From: Chloroflexota bacterium
GTDB lineage: Bacteria; Chloroflexota; UBA11872; UBA12225
Reading direction: 5' to 3'
Assembly: GCA_030447525.1 (NCBI GenBank)
Contig: JAUJOR010000003.1
Span: 62,194 to 126,193 of the forward strand
DNA: 64,000 nt
The notes below the pieces were generated by a model. It did no database searches. It was given only the letters and a program-made list of their open reading frames with translations, and had not been told where the DNA came from. Below are positions 38,123 to 49,568 of this stretch, in pieces. The translations under genes and the position numbers were made by a program. The first letter of the stretch is position 1. Each line of letters starts with the position of its first letter.

Positions 38123-39181
38123 ATGCGTCTCACGGATCGGCTGGGCAGGCCATTGCGAGATCTGCGCATCTCGGTGACCGACCGCTGCAACTTCCGCTGC
38201 GTCTACTGCATGCCTAAGGAGATCTTCGGGCCTGGCTTCCAGTTCATGCCCCGGTCGGAGCTGCTGACGTTCGAGGAGATCACCCGCCTGGCCCGTATTT
38301 TCGTCGCCCATGGGGTGGAGAAGATCCGCCTCACCGGGGGCGAGCCCCTGCTGCGGCGGCAGATCGAGGTGCTGGTGGCCATGCTGGCCGCCCTCCCCGG
38401 TTTGGACGACCTGACGCTGACGACCAACGGCTCGCTCCTGACCCCGGAGAAGGCCCTGGCCCTGCGAGACGCCGGCCTGCGGCGCATCACCATCAGCCTC
38501 GACTCCCTGGACGATACCGTGTTCAAGTCCATGAACGAGGTGGGCGTCTCGGTAGAGACAATCCTGGGGGCGATCGACGCGGCGGCGGCCGCCGGGCTGC
38601 ACCCGATCAAGATCGACATGGTGGTGAAGCGGGGCCTCAACGAAGCAAGCATTGTCCCCATGGCCGGGCGCTTCCGAGACAGCGGGCATATCCTGCGCTT
38701 CATCGAGTACATGGACGTCGGCAACTCCAACGGCTGGCGCATGGAGGACGTCGTCTCGGCCGGGGAGATCGTGCGCGCCATCGATCGGGTGTGGCCCCTG
38801 GAGCCGGTAGAGGCCAACTACGTTGGCGAGGTGGCCGAGCGCTGGCGCTACCGTGACGGCAGGGGGGAGATCGGGGTCATCGCCTCCGTGACGCAGCCCT
38901 TCTGTGGGACGTGCACCCGCGCCCGGCTGTCTGCGGATGGCCGGCTCTTCACCTGCCTCTTCTCCGGGACGGGCTACGATCTGCGGCACCTGCTCCGCGG
39001 TGGAGAGGGTGCCGTCGAGGGCGTCAGTGTCCCCACCGGCGGGGCCACTGATGATGAGATCGCGGCCGCCGTGGCCGGCGTGTGGGGCCGGCGCGCCGAC
39101 CGCTACTCGGAGATCCGCACCTCAAATACCCCCGCCGTCGGGACACGACGCAAAGTGGAGATGTCCGCCATCGGGGGCTAA
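38123..39181 (+). CDS. moaA: GTP 3',8-cyclase MoaA (molybdenum cofactor biosynthesis)
   Basis: Radical-[12 protein letters not shown]-terminal cluster. C-terminal [18 protein letters not shown] cluster. GGEPLLR. Confidence 0.85.
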   Translation: MRLTDRLGRPLRDLRISVTDRCNFRCVYCMPKEIFGPGFQFMPRSELLTFEEITRLARIFVAHGVEKIRLTGGEPLLRRQIEVLVAMLAALPGLDDLTLTTNGSLLTPEKALALRDAGLRRITISLDSLDDTVFKSMNEVGVSVETILGAIDAAAAAGLHPIKIDMVVKRGLNEASIVPMAGRFRDSGHILRFIEYMDVGNSNGWRMEDVVSAGEIVRAIDRVWPLEPVEANYVGEVAERWRYRDGRGEIGVIASVTQPFCGTCTRARLSADGRLFTCLFSGTGYDLRHLLRGGEGAVEGVSVPTGGATDDEIAAAVAGVWGRRADRYSEIRTSNTPAVGTRRKVEMSAIGG

Positions 39182-39282
39182 CCCTTGCCGGAGGCAATGA
39201 GGCGGGGGCTGTATCGCCCGGGCCGGGTGGCCCCGCCGTCCTGCCCCTGCGGGATCATAGGACGGAGGGAGAGAGAGGCATC

Positions 39283-41007
39283 ATGCCCGAGCTTCGTAGC
39301 CAGCGACTGCGCCGCAGCAACCACCAGGGGGATGCCCTGCGCCTGGGGATGAACTGGACGGAGGAAGACCTGGGCAAGCCCCAGATCCTCGTCGAGAGCG
39401 CCTACGGCATGGGCCACCCTGGAACGTTCCACTTCCGCCCCTTGATCGAGGAGGTGTCCAACGGGGTATTCGAGGCCGGGGGCAAGCCGGGCGTCTTCTA
39501 CACCTCGGATATCTGTGACGGTATCGCCCAGGCCCACGCCGGGATGAGCTACTCCCTGGTCTCCCGCGATGTGCAGGCGGCGATGATCGAGATCCACGCC
39601 CTCGGCCACCCCCATGACGGCATCGTCCTGATCTCCGGGAACGATAAGTCGGTGCCGGCGCACCTGATTGCCATCGCCCGCTGCGACCTCCCGGCCATCC
39701 ACGTCCCCGGGGGGACGCAGCTCAACGCCCCCAACTACAGCACCTCCGACCTCCTGTGGGGCATGGGGGCGGCCGTAGAGCGCGGCGAGCTGCCCCATGC
39801 CGAACTGGAAAAGCACCAGAAAGGGGCCTGCCCCACCTGCGGCGCCTGCCAGTTCATGGGCAGCGCCAGCACCGGCCAGGTGCTCTCCGAGGCCCTGGGC
39901 CTGGCCCTGCCGGGGAGCGCCCTGATCCCCTCCCCTCTGACGCGGCACATGCGCGTCGCCCGGGCCGCCGGCAAGCAGATCCTGGAGCTGGTGGCCGGGG
40001 ACATCCGCCCCAGCAAGATCCTTACCCGCGAGGCGTTCGAGAACGCCATCACCCTGCATGCCGCCGTCGGCGGGTCGACAAACAGTCTGCTGCACCTCCC
40101 AGCCATCGCCCGCGAGGTGGGCGTGGACATCACCATAGACGACTTCGACCGCATCCACCGGCGCGTCCCCGTCCTGGCCAACGCCAAGACCACCGGGCGC
40201 TACCCGGTGGAGTACCTCTGGTACGCCGGGGGCGTCCCGGCGGTGATGCTCCAGGTGCAAGACCTCCTGCACCTGGACTGCCTGACCGTGACCGGGCAGA
40301 CCCTGGGGGAAAACCTGGCCCAGATCGAGCGCGGCACGTTCTTCTTCGAGACGCGTGGCTTTCTGGCCAACGTCAAGGTGGAGGTGGAGGAGATCATCCG
40401 GCCGCGGCGCGACCCCTTCGGTCCCGAGGGGGGCGTCGCCGTGCTGCGGGGCAACCTGGCTCCCGGCGGTGCGGTGATCAAGCACTTTTCGGTGCCGCCG
40501 GAAATGCACGTGCACGTCGGCCCGGCCCGCGTCTTCGACACCGAAGACCGAGCGGTAGAGGCGCTGATCAATCGAGACGTCAAGCCGGGAGACGTGGTGG
40601 TCATCCGCTACGAAGGGCCGCGGGCCAACGGCATGCCGGAGATGTATTACGCCACGGCGATCATCGCCGCCAGCAAGGAACTGAGCGCCACCTGCGCCGT
40701 GGTCACCGATGGGCGCTACTCCGGAGCCGCCAAGGGCCCCGCCGTCGGCCACGTCACACCAGAAGCCCTGGACGGTGGACCTATCGCCCTGCTGGAGGAC
40801 GGCGACCTGATCGAGATCAACGTCCCGCAGCGCCGGCTGGCCGTGGTGGGGACGGCCGCCGGGCCGCTGGATTCCTCGGCGGTGGACAGCCTGCTGGCCG
40901 AGCGCCGGTCGCGCTGGACGCGCCCCAAGGCCCGCCACGAGCGGGGCATCCTGTCCCTCTACGGGCGCGTCGCCGCCAGCCCGGCCGAGGGGGCCTATCT
41001 GGCCTGA
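39283..41007 (+). CDS. IlvD/EDD family dehydratase (dihydroxy-acid or sugar-acid dehydratase)
   Basis: 575 aa. Fe-S cluster Cys motif [42 protein letters not shown]-terminal signature. A strong RBS precedes the ATG. Confidence 0.75.
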   Translation: MPELRSQRLRRSNHQGDALRLGMNWTEEDLGKPQILVESAYGMGHPGTFHFRPLIEEVSNGVFEAGGKPGVFYTSDICDGIAQAHAGMSYSLVSRDVQAAMIEIHALGHPHDGIVLISGNDKSVPAHLIAIARCDLPAIHVPGGTQLNAPNYSTSDLLWGMGAAVERGELPHAELEKHQKGACPTCGACQFMGSASTGQVLSEALGLALPGSALIPSPLTRHMRVARAAGKQILELVAGDIRPSKILTREAFENAITLHAAVGGSTNSLLHLPAIAREVGVDITIDDFDRIHRRVPVLANAKTTGRYPVEYLWYAGGVPAVMLQVQDLLHLDCLTVTGQTLGENLAQIERGTFFFETRGFLANVKVEVEEIIRPRRDPFGPEGGVAVLRGNLAPGGAVIKHFSVPPEMHVHVGPARVFDTEDRAVEALINRDVKPGDVVVIRYEGPRANGMPEMYYATAIIAASKELSATCAVVTDGRYSGAAKGPAVGHVTPEALDGGPIALLEDGDLIEINVPQRRLAVVGTAAGPLDSSAVDSLLAERRSRWTRPKARHERGILSLYGRVAASPAEGAYLA

Positions 41008-41151
41008 GTCTCTGTCGGCATGTTTGCGCGGTGGCCCCTTCGATGCACTACCGCTCCTCAGCGCACCAGCCTACCGGCCGGCACAGAGAGCCCCTGTTTG
41101 GGGCGGACTTAGCCCTCTACCTATCTCGCATCGGCACAACCTCGGTACAGT

Positions 41152-41487
41152 ATGAACGTGGAAGCAGCGGCCTACATCCCGGTGGCTAAGGTCGCCGACA
41201 TCAAGCCGGGGCAAATCAAGGCCCTGCGGGCACGCGGTGGCTACGAGCTGGCCATCGCCAACGTCGACGGGCGCTTCTATGCCTTCGACGCCTACTGCCC
41301 ACATCAGCGCTGGCCCTTGAAATGGGGGGCCATCGAGGGGGACGGGACGCTGACTTGCTCCCTGCACCTCTGGAGATTTGACCTGGAGACGGGCAACGCC
41401 GTCGACCCCCCTCTGGCGGACTGCCTGCAGACCTACCCGGTGCGGGTGGAGGGTAACGTCATCCACGTCGGCGTCTACCGGCGATGA
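41152..41487 (+). CDS. Rieske [2Fe-2S] domain protein (NirD/ferredoxin-like)
   Basis: CPHQ...CSLH: two Cys-x-His boxes with the correct spacing. 111 aa. Confidence 0.7.
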   Translation: MNVEAAAYIPVAKVADIKPGQIKALRARGGYELAIANVDGRFYAFDAYCPHQRWPLKWGAIEGDGTLTCSLHLWRFDLETGNAVDPPLADCLQTYPVRVEGNVIHVGVYRR

Positions 41488-41747
41488 GCCAGATGCCGGC
41501 AGAAGCAAGGGGGATCGACGCCTTCCTCACCGGCTATATCGTGCGCCCGGGGCTGTGCTTGAACTACGACGTCACCGAGCGCATCCGCCTCGGGGGCACG
41601 GACGAGGCCTGCGCCGGGCGAATATGTCCGCAGCGCCGCCTGTGCCTGTCTCGAACGCTGCGGCGCCACCTGGACGACGTGCCGGGGAATCCCCCGCTGC
41701 GCTGGGTGTTCGAGGAAGCGTTATCGGAGATGGGCAACGGCCCCTAA
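41484..41747 (+). CDS. hypothetical small Cys-containing protein, start overlapping the Rieske stop (ATGA)
   Basis: 87 aa with Cys at CLNYD, CAGRIC, RRLC. The overlap suggests translational coupling. Confidence 0.3.
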   Translation: MSQMPAEARGIDAFLTGYIVRPGLCLNYDVTERIRLGGTDEACAGRICPQRRLCLSRTLRRHLDDVPGNPPLRWVFEEALSEMGNGP

Positions 41748-41786
41748 ATGTATCTCTGAAGGACTGCCCTATAGGTGGAGCGGCGC

Positions 41787-42596
41787 CTAGAGCAAGGGGA
41801 TGACGCCGGCGAGGAGGGCGGCCATCGCGGCGGCGCTTTTCTGGGAGGCGTCCACCACCGTCTCGTGGGTCAGCACCTCCGGCTGATCGGCCAGGGCCAG
41901 GTTGGCGATCAGGCTGATCCCTAACAGGCGCATGCCGGCATGCCGGGCGGCCACGGCCTCGGGGCACGTGCTCATCCCCACGGCATCGGCCCCGGCGGCA
42001 CGCAGGAAGCGCAGCTCGGCGCTGGTCTCGTAACTCGGCCCGGACACCATCACGTAGACGCCTTCCCGGAGGGCGAAGGACAGCCCCGCGGCCACCCCGT
42101 GAGCGATGTGGCGCAACGCAGGGTCGTAGGCCCCCACCATCGCCGGGAAGCGCGGGCCCAGGCGCTCGTCGTTCGCCCCCCGCAAGGGGTGGACGCCAGC
42201 CATGCCGGGGAGAAAGATGTGGTCGCGGATCAACATCAAGTCTCCGGGGTGAAACTCCGGGTTGAGACCGCCGCTGGCGTTGGTCAGGATGAGCGTCTGT
42301 ACACCCAGCGCCCGTAGGAGGCGCACGCCGAACGTGACCTCGCCCATGCCATACCCTTCGTAGAAGTGCGCCCGCCCCTGGAGCGCGGCGCAGGGCGTAC
42401 CGGCAACGGTGCCAATGACCAAGCGCCCGGCGTGCCCCGGCACCGTCGCCGGCGGCATCCCCGGAATGGCGTCATAGGGGAACGACGTCCCCTCCGTCAG
42501 GGCCCCGGCGAGCGCGCCGAGACCCGAGCCGAGGACAACGCCGACCCGCGGCCGTCGGACGTCCCTGGCCCGGATAGCTCGAACAGCGTCTTCCAC
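41787..42596 (-). CDS. purine nucleoside phosphorylase (PNP family 1/2, PunA or MTAP-like)
   Basis: VGVVLGSGLG, HAGRLVIG, LTNASGGLNP, VGMSTCPEAVAARHAG, THETV. Confidence 0.8.
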   Translation of the reverse strand: MEDAVRAIRARDVRRPRVGVVLGSGLGALAGALTEGTSFPYDAIPGMPPATVPGHAGRLVIGTVAGTPCAALQGRAHFYEGYGMGEVTFGVRLLRALGVQTLILTNASGGLNPEFHPGDLMLIRDHIFLPGMAGVHPLRGANDERLGPRFPAMVGAYDPALRHIAHGVAAGLSFALREGVYVMVSGPSYETSAELRFLRAAGADAVGMSTCPEAVAARHAGMRLLGISLIANLALADQPEVLTHETVVDASQKSAAAMAALLAGVIPLL

Positions 42597-42659
42597 GATG
42601 GTGTAGCTAGAGCGCTCGCATCAGCGTACGGAAGGCTGCACATGAGCCTTGATACGGCA

Positions 42660-43685
42660 CTAAGGCAAGCCCAGCGGGGGCGCCTGCCGGTACATCTGCG
42701 TGGTGGAGATGTTGGCATGCCCCAGCCTCTGTTGCACCTCCCGCAGCAGGGCCCCCTGCTCCAGGAGGTGCGCCGCGAAGGAGTGGCGCAGGGTGTGGGG
42801 CGTCAGCGGGCCGGTGATGCCGGCCACGGCGGCGTAGGACTTCATCACCAGCCAGAAGCCCTGGCGGGTCAGCCGGTCGCCCCGATGGTTGAGGAAGAGG
42901 GCCTGGACGTCCCGGCCACGGGCCAGCACCTCTCGCGCCGTCGCCTGGTAGGTGGCTACTACCTCGGCGGCGGCTTCGTCGATGGACAGGACGCGCTGCC
43001 GGCCCCCGCGCCCGACGCAGCGCACCGTTCGAGCCTCCGGGTCGACGTCGGCCAGGTCGAGCATGACCAGCTCTGAGACGCGCATTCCCGTGGCGTAGAG
43101 CAAGGCGAACATGGCGCGGTCGCGGACGCCCTCCGGCGTCTGGCGGCTCCCCGGGGCAGCGAGGAGGGCGACGATCTCCGCCTGGCTCATCGTCTTGGGC
43201 CTGGAACGCCCCACGCGGGGAGAGCCGATCCGCGCCGCCGGGTTGATGGGCAGCTGGCCAGTGCGATGGAGGTGGGCGAAAAAGGCCCGCACCGCCGCCA
43301 GCTTCCGGGCCAGGGACGCCGGGGCGTACTCCTGCTCCTTGAGCGAGACGATGAAGTCGAGCACCGTGGTCGGCTCCACCTCCCAGCCCTCGATCCCCCG
43401 AGAGTCCAGGAAGACGCGCAGCTGGCGCAGATCGTTGCGGTAGGCGGCGAGGGTATTGGCGCTGCTCCCCTTCTCCGCCCCCCTGGCGGCGAGAAAGGCA
43501 TCAATCGCCTTCCAACGGGCTTCCGGCGCGCCGGGCGCGCCGGGCAGGTCCTGGGCATCTTGGGGACCATAGGACGCCGGCGTCTGGGGCTCGCGCACCT
43601 GGCCGGCGGGTTCGTCTTGCGGAACGGCTCGCGCCCTGTGTCCAGGCGCTGCCTTCCGCTCCAGAGCCTCTGCCAGCGTGACCAT
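42660..43685 (-). CDS. tyrosine-type site-specific recombinase, XerC/XerD family
   Basis: Catalytic R..H..R..H..Y context: MRVSELVMLDLADVD, HTLRHSFAAHLLEQGALLREVQQRLGHANISTTQMY. It has a ~50-aa Pro-rich N-terminal extension, so the start is uncertain. Confidence 0.8.
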   Translation of the reverse strand: MVTLAEALERKAAPGHRARAVPQDEPAGQVREPQTPASYGPQDAQDLPGAPGAPEARWKAIDAFLAARGAEKGSSANTLAAYRNDLRQLRVFLDSRGIEGWEVEPTTVLDFIVSLKEQEYAPASLARKLAAVRAFFAHLHRTGQLPINPAARIGSPRVGRSRPKTMSQAEIVALLAAPGSRQTPEGVRDRAMFALLYATGMRVSELVMLDLADVDPEARTVRCVGRGGRQRVLSIDEAAAEVVATYQATAREVLARGRDVQALFLNHRGDRLTRQGFWLVMKSYAAVAGITGPLTPHTLRHSFAAHLLEQGALLREVQQRLGHANISTTQMYRQAPPLGLP

Positions 43686-43959
43686 TAGCTGCTTTACCTC
43701 CCGAACGTGCGGGCGTCCACGTGGCCCCTGCGCCAGTGTCCGGCACGTCCCTCGCCCTCAGCGTCCGGACACGGTCCCCCCGCTCCCGTTTGGGGTGCAG
43801 GACCGCCCCTCTGGAACCTCCTAACGGGCTGACCACGGGCCGGTTCCAGATTGCAAGAACCCTCTCCCCCACGGCCCCACGCCGGCGCCACCGGTCGGGC
43901 GCCGGCCGGACGCCACCTGTGCCCCTGGAGTGCGGGCAGCAGAGGGCGATACGGCGTGG

Positions 43960-45123
43960 TCAGCGTGCGCTGATCAGGGTGCGTACGACCTCGGTGATCT
44001 TGACCAGGTCGCGGACAGCAATGTGCTCGTCGACGCTGTGCGGGTTGGCGTAGCCGAGGCCCAGGTTGACGGCCTCGATCCCGGCGGCGTTCAAGATGTT
44101 GGCGTCGCTCCCGCCCCCGGTCGGCTGCAGGCTGGGCTGGAGACCACAGGCCAGGATGGCCCCGCTCACTTCCTGGACGAGGGGGGAGCCCTCCGGGACG
44201 TTGATGGCGCCGTAGGAGCGAGTGACGGTGACCTCGGCCCGGGCCCCCATCCGCTCGGCCGAGGTACGCAGCAAGCTCACCATATGCCCCGTCTGCCGGG
44301 CCAGCTTCTGCTCGTCACGGCTGCGGGCCTCACCCTGGAGGGAGACCCGGTCGGGGACGACGTTGGAGGCCGTGCCCCCGGCGATAACGCCGAAGTTGGC
44401 CGTCGTCTCGGCGTCGATGCGCCCCAGGCGCATTGGAGCCAGGGCCTGGGCCACGGCCTGCAGGGCGTTGATCCCTTGCTCCGGGGCAATCCCGGCGTGG
44501 GCCGCCTTGCCTGAGACTACGGCGTGGATCGCGTCCGACGCCGGGGCCCGGTTGATGATCGTCCCCACCGGGCCGTTGCTGTCCAGCACCACCGCGCGGC
44601 GGGCGCGCAGGGAGGACGTATCCAGCCCCTTGGCGCCAGTCAGTCCCGTCTCCTCCTGCACGGTGAAGGCCAGCTCTATCGGCCGGCACTCCAGGCCGGC
44701 GTCGGCAACGGCGCGCAGGGCCTCTACTATGGCCGTGATACCGGCCTTGTCGTCGGCTCCCAGGATGGTACTGCCGTCTGAACGGACGACCCCGCCGCAG
44801 ACGCAGGGCTGTACGCCGCAGCCGGGCTGCACGGTATCCATGTGGGCGCTGAGGAGGAGGGGCCGGCCGGCCGGTCCGGGGACGGTCTGAGGCGCGACCT
44901 CGCCCCCCCGGCGACTCGACGTCACGTCCCCGCCGGAACGACGGGCGAGAAGATTGCCGGTGGCATCACGCCAGGTCTCGCACCCCAGCCGACGCAACAG
45001 CGGATCCAGGAAATCGGCCACGGCGCCCTCCTGGCCGGAGGGGCTGTCGATGCGCACCAGGCTCAGGAACGTCTCCAGCACCACCTGCTCGTCGATCTCC
45101 GGCCACGTCGCCGCCATTGCCAT
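43960..45123 (-). CDS. M20-family metallopeptidase (tripeptidase PepT-like)
   Basis: Metal-binding motifs SAHMDTV, GADDKAGI, EETG. C-terminal dimerisation domain. Confidence 0.75.
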   Translation of the reverse strand: MAMAATWPEIDEQVVLETFLSLVRIDSPSGQEGAVADFLDPLLRRLGCETWRDATGNLLARRSGGDVTSSRRGGEVAPQTVPGPAGRPLLLSAHMDTVQPGCGVQPCVCGGVVRSDGSTILGADDKAGITAIVEALRAVADAGLECRPIELAFTVQEETGLTGAKGLDTSSLRARRAVVLDSNGPVGTIINRAPASDAIHAVVSGKAAHAGIAPEQGINALQAVAQALAPMRLGRIDAETTANFGVIAGGTASNVVPDRVSLQGEARSRDEQKLARQTGHMVSLLRTSAERMGARAEVTVTRSYGAINVPEGSPLVQEVSGAILACGLQPSLQPTGGGSDANILNAAGIEAVNLGLGYANPHSVDEHIAVRDLVKITEVVRTLISAR

Positions 45124-45250
45124 TTCCTCTTCAACGCCCCACCGCGCACTACGTCCGTACCCGCCTCCGACCCTGGCGCGCCGGGTGCTGGCCCTGGTCT
45201 CTCGCCGGTGGCTCTAGCCTCTAAGGGTAGCGAACGGGCATCATAGGCCC

Positions 45251-46546
45251 GTGCTGATCGGGATCAACGCCCAAAAACTGTTCATTACCCAGGATTACCG
45301 CAACGCCGGAATCTCGCGCTATATCGGCCAGCTGGTGCGACACCTCCCCGGCGTGCCCGGGCCAGAGCGTTACCGGCTCTATACCAACCAGCACATTCGC
45401 CGCTGGCCGGGGGTGGAGGGGCCCCGCTTGAGCGTCGTCTCCACGCCCTTGCCGACGACCCAACCGGTGCTGCGCATCCTCTGGGAGCAGACGGTGCTCC
45501 CCATCCTGGCCCTGCGGGACGGCGTCGACCTCCTCCATTGCCCGCTCAACGTCCGGCCGGTGGCCTGCCGGACGCCGGTGGTGCTGACCATCCACGACCT
45601 GACGTTCGTGCAGTTCCCGGACCGATTTCATCCGTTGAAACAGCGATACCTCACCAGCCTCACCCGCTACTCCGCCCGACGGGCAGAGCGTATCCTGGCC
45701 GACTCCGGCGCGACGAAGCGTGATGTGGAAGCGATTTTTCAGATCCCGCCCTCTCGTGTGGACGTCGTCTATCCGGCCGTGGACCCGGACTTCCGGCCGT
45801 ATGCCGGGGCGGATGCCACCGATAAGGACGCCGTGGCGGCGTTTCGGCGCCGCCGGGGGCTCCCGGATCGGTTTGTGCTCTACCTGGGCACGCTGGAGCC
45901 GCGCAAGAACGTGGACAAGCTGGTAGAGGCGTACGCCGCTGTGGTCGAGCGCGGCCTGCCTCACGGCCTCGTCCTCGCCGGGGGGAAGGGATGGAACTAC
46001 CAGGCCATCTTCCGGGCCATAGAGCGGCATGGCCTGGGGGATCGAGTGGTCGTTCCCGGCTACGTCGACCGGGCGGAGCAGCCCCTCTGGTACAATGCAG
46101 CAGAACTGTTTGTATACCCATCGCAATACGAGGGGTTCGGCCTTCCGGCCCTGGAAGCGATGGCCTGCGGCGTGCCGGTGGTCACCTCCAATACCTCGTC
46201 GCTACCGGAAGTGGTCGGCAACGCCGGCGCCACCGTCGATCCTACCGACGTCGCGGCGCTCTCAGAGACGATGCTGGCCATACTACAAGATCAGAGCCGG
46301 GCGGGGGCCATGCGCCAGGCCGGGCGCCGGCAGGCGGCGGAATTCACCTGGCAAAGGACTGCCCAGGCCTGCGTCGCTGCCTACCGCCGGGCCGCTGCGC
46401 CGGCATCCAGGGGGCATGGGGGCGAGGCGGGACGGCGTCACCTGGGGCACGTCCACCGCTCAGCTGCGGGACGCTTCCATCCGGCACCGCCCGCTCAAGG
46501 GCCGGTTGACAGCGGGCGAGACGGACCAAGGCAGGTGGCCGGGTGA
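45251..46546 (+). CDS. glycosyltransferase family 4 (GT-B fold)
   Basis: EX7E-type C-terminal domain: [24 protein letters not shown]. Confidence 0.75.
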   Translation: MLIGINAQKLFITQDYRNAGISRYIGQLVRHLPGVPGPERYRLYTNQHIRRWPGVEGPRLSVVSTPLPTTQPVLRILWEQTVLPILALRDGVDLLHCPLNVRPVACRTPVVLTIHDLTFVQFPDRFHPLKQRYLTSLTRYSARRAERILADSGATKRDVEAIFQIPPSRVDVVYPAVDPDFRPYAGADATDKDAVAAFRRRRGLPDRFVLYLGTLEPRKNVDKLVEAYAAVVERGLPHGLVLAGGKGWNYQAIFRAIERHGLGDRVVVPGYVDRAEQPLWYNAAELFVYPSQYEGFGLPALEAMACGVPVVTSNTSSLPEVVGNAGATVDPTDVAALSETMLAILQDQSRAGAMRQAGRRQAAEFTWQRTAQACVAAYRRAAAPASRGHGGEAGRRHLGHVHRSAAGRFHPAPPAQGPVDSGRDGPRQVAG

Positions 46547-48075
46547 CACCCGGCGTCACGTCGCCTGTCCCGGCGCCGGCCGGCGTTTCCCCGGCGGCCG
46601 GCGCTCTCAAGAGCGAGCCCCCCCACCCCGACGACCGCCGGCGCGCCCGCGCTCAGGCCCGGCGACGCAGCCGCCTGGCCTACGTCATCGCCGACACCAT
46701 CTTGATTCACGTCGGCTTCGTGGTGGCCTTCTGGCTGCGTTACGAGCTGCGCCTCATTCCGGCGGACACCGGCGAGTTCTTCGATGCCCAGTTCAGCGCC
46801 TACTACCTGGCTGAGACCCTGCTGGTGGGCGTGGCCCTGACGGTGTTCGCCCGGCGCGGGCTGTACCGCCTGAAACGGACGACCCAGTGGCTAGACGAGG
46901 TGGGCACCATCGTCGCCGGGACGACTCTGGCGGTGGCCGTCCTGGTGATGGTCTTTTACCTGTTCCGTCCGGGAGTCACGTCGCGGGCGTTGCTGTTTTA
47001 CGCCTGGATAGCCATCGTCATCCTGCTCAGCGCGATGCGCCTGGCGGTGCGTTGGGTCATCGCCAGCCGTCGCCGCCGGGGGATCGGCGTGGCGCGCGTC
47101 CTGGTGGTCGGGGCGGGGCACATCGGCAAGATGGTCATGCAGCAGATCGCCGGTCGCCCCGGGCTGGGATATTCCCTGACCGGGTTCTGTGACGACGTGT
47201 TTTGGGCGCAGCAGGCGCCGTTCGGTCGCTTCCAGTGCCTCGGGGCGGTGGCCGACCTCCCCCGTGTCCTCGGCGAGCACAACATCGACGAGGTGGTCAT
47301 CGCCCTGTCCTCGGCCGAGCACCAGCGCATCCTGGAGATGGTGGCCTTGTGCGAGCAGAACGGGGTGGAGTTTCGGCTCGTGCCGGACACCTTCGATCTT
47401 ACGCTGGGGACGCTGGAGGTCGACGAGCTGGCCGGCATTCCCCTTATCGGCCGGCGAGAGCCGGCCCTGAAGGGGGTCAACCTGGCCCTGAAGCGTCTGA
47501 TCGACATCGCCGTCTCCAGTGCGGCCCTGCTCCTGCTCGCCCCGGCCATGCTCCTGGTAGCCATCGCCGTGAAGCTAGACTCGCCGGGGCCGATCCTCTA
47601 CCCCCAGGAGCGGGTCGGCGCCGGCGGGCGGGTGTTCCGCATCTACAAGGTGCGCTCGATGCACGTGGACGCCGAGCGCCGTCGGGAGGACCTGCTCGAC
47701 CGCAATGAGGCCGGCGGCCCAATCTTCAAGATGAAGGACGACCCCCGCCGGACGCGCGTCGGGCGCTTCATTCGGAAGTTCAGCCTGGACGAGGTGCTAC
47801 AGCTATGGAACGTCCTGATCGGGGACTTTAGCCTGGTCGGGCCGCGGGCCCCGATCCCGCGCGAAGTGGAGCAGTACGACGCCTCGCACCGGCGCCGCCT
47901 GGAGGTCACCCCCGGCCTGACCGGGCTATGGCAGGTGAGCGGTCGCAGCGATCTCCCTTTTGATGAGATGGTGATGCTCGATCTCTACTACATCGAGAAC
48001 TGGTCGATCGGGCTCGATCTCAAGATCATTCTCCAGACCATCCCCGCCGTGCTCAGCGGACGGGGGGCATATTAG
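46543..48075 (+). CDS. exopolysaccharide-biosynthesis polyprenyl glycosylphosphotransferase (WbaP/EpsL-type priming sugar transferase)
   Basis: N-terminal TM region plus CoA-binding-like domain. C-terminal bacterial sugar-transferase domain (KRLIDIAVSSAALLLLAP, RFIRKFSLDEVLQLWNVLIGDFSLVGPRA). Its ATG overlaps the previous stop. Confidence 0.85.
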   Translation: MTPGVTSPVPAPAGVSPAAGALKSEPPHPDDRRRARAQARRRSRLAYVIADTILIHVGFVVAFWLRYELRLIPADTGEFFDAQFSAYYLAETLLVGVALTVFARRGLYRLKRTTQWLDEVGTIVAGTTLAVAVLVMVFYLFRPGVTSRALLFYAWIAIVILLSAMRLAVRWVIASRRRRGIGVARVLVVGAGHIGKMVMQQIAGRPGLGYSLTGFCDDVFWAQQAPFGRFQCLGAVADLPRVLGEHNIDEVVIALSSAEHQRILEMVALCEQNGVEFRLVPDTFDLTLGTLEVDELAGIPLIGRREPALKGVNLALKRLIDIAVSSAALLLLAPAMLLVAIAVKLDSPGPILYPQERVGAGGRVFRIYKVRSMHVDAERRREDLLDRNEAGGPIFKMKDDPRRTRVGRFIRKFSLDEVLQLWNVLIGDFSLVGPRAPIPREVEQYDASHRRRLEVTPGLTGLWQVSGRSDLPFDEMVMLDLYYIENWSIGLDLKIILQTIPAVLSGRGAY

Positions 48076-48260
48076 TGGGCACCTTGTAGCTGGCAGCAGG
48101 CAGTGAGCACACCTTGCAGCGGGAAGCGGAACCGCGCCGCCGTAGGGGCGTTTTGTCAACAAGAGGGGGCCGGTCGGCCGGCCTACGGCGCCAGGGCCGG
48201 CCATCCCCTGGCCGGCCGTCGTGTGGCCAGTGGCGTCCTGCCGACGACGACGTACTTTCG

Positions 48261-49445
48261 ATGAAACTGGCCATCGTCCACGACTACCTTAACCAGATGG
48301 GGGGCGCCGAGCGCGTCCTGCTGGTACTGCACGAGATCTTCCCCCATGCCCCCATCTACACCTCCATCTACGCCCCGGAGCTGGTGGATCCGGCCTTCCG
48401 GGAGATGGACATCCGCACCAGCTTCATGCAGCGTCTTCCGCTGGTGCACACCCACCACCAGGCCTTTTTGCCCATCTTCCCCTTTGCCTTCGAAAGCCTC
48501 GACCTGCGCGAGTACGACGTCGTACTGAGCATGAGCAGCGGCTGGGCCAAGAACGTCCTGACGCGCCCGGAGACCTGCCACATCTGCTACTGCCTGACGC
48601 CGATGCGCTTTGCCTGGAGCTTCCGGGAGTACGTCAATGGGGAACGCATCGCCGGCTGGCAGATGGGGATGCTCAATCCCATCCTTTCCGCCCTGCGCCT
48701 GTGGGACGTGGCGGGAGCCAATCGGGTGGACGCCTTCGCCGCCATCTCCGTGGGCGTGAAGCGGCGGATCGAGAAGTACTACCGGCGCCCGGCGACGGTG
48801 ATCTACCCTCCAGTGCACACTGCTGCCTACGCCTACCATGCGGACGGCCGGTCGGGCGGCGTGGCCGGCGGCCCGGCGGCCGATCCCACCCTTGCCTCCC
48901 CGCAGCCCCCCAGCGGGGGAGACTACTTTCTTATCGCCGGACGGCTGATCCCGTACAAGCGCATCGACCTGGCCATCCAGGCCTGCAACCTCCTCAAGGC
49001 CCGTCTGCTGGTGATCGGGGAAGGGCGGGATCGCGCCCGCCTGGAGGGCATGGCCGGCCCCACCATCGAGTTCCTCGGCAAGGTGGACGATCGGACAAAG
49101 CGAGAGTACCTCCTCAACTGCGGCGCCTTCATCTTCCCTGGAGAAGACGACTTCGGCATCGCCCCGGTAGAGGCCATGGCCGCCGGCCGGCCGGTGGTAG
49201 CCTTCGGCGCCGGCGGGGCCCTGGACACCATCGTGGATGGGGTTACCGGCATCTTGTTCCGTCAGCCGGTAGTCACCGCCCTCGCCGACGCCCTGCAGCG
49301 CGCCCGGGCTACCGATTGGGATCCAGAGACCATCGCCCGCCACGCGTCCCGTTTCGACGTGTGCACGTTCAAGACTCAGCTACGCCGGTTTGTAGAGGCC
49401 AAAGCCGCCGAGCATCGGACGACGATGCTGGCCGCGCCAAAATAG
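48261..49445 (+). CDS. glycosyltransferase family 4
   Basis: MKLAIVHDYLNQMGGAERV start. GEDDFGIAPVEAMAAGRPVVAF C-terminal GT4 motif. Confidence 0.8.
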   Translation: MKLAIVHDYLNQMGGAERVLLVLHEIFPHAPIYTSIYAPELVDPAFREMDIRTSFMQRLPLVHTHHQAFLPIFPFAFESLDLREYDVVLSMSSGWAKNVLTRPETCHICYCLTPMRFAWSFREYVNGERIAGWQMGMLNPILSALRLWDVAGANRVDAFAAISVGVKRRIEKYYRRPATVIYPPVHTAAYAYHADGRSGGVAGGPAADPTLASPQPPSGGDYFLIAGRLIPYKRIDLAIQACNLLKARLLVIGEGRDRARLEGMAGPTIEFLGKVDDRTKREYLLNCGAFIFPGEDDFGIAPVEAMAAGRPVVAFGAGGALDTIVDGVTGILFRQPVVTALADALQRARATDWDPETIARHASRFDVCTFKTQLRRFVEAKAAEHRTTMLAAPK

Positions 49446-49568
49446 CGGGGCGGGGGCGCAGCCGGGGTGCGAGAGGCCCGCGCAGGACGTCTCTGGTCTG
49501 CAGCGGACGGGGCAGCGGACGCCGCCGGCGGGGCCTCGTCCGGAATCGGTTAGGGTTAAGAAACGGCG

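Noticed and set aside
39178-40938. 586-aa minus-strand ORF
   Set aside because: Antisense to the IlvD/EDD dehydratase gene. Low complexity.
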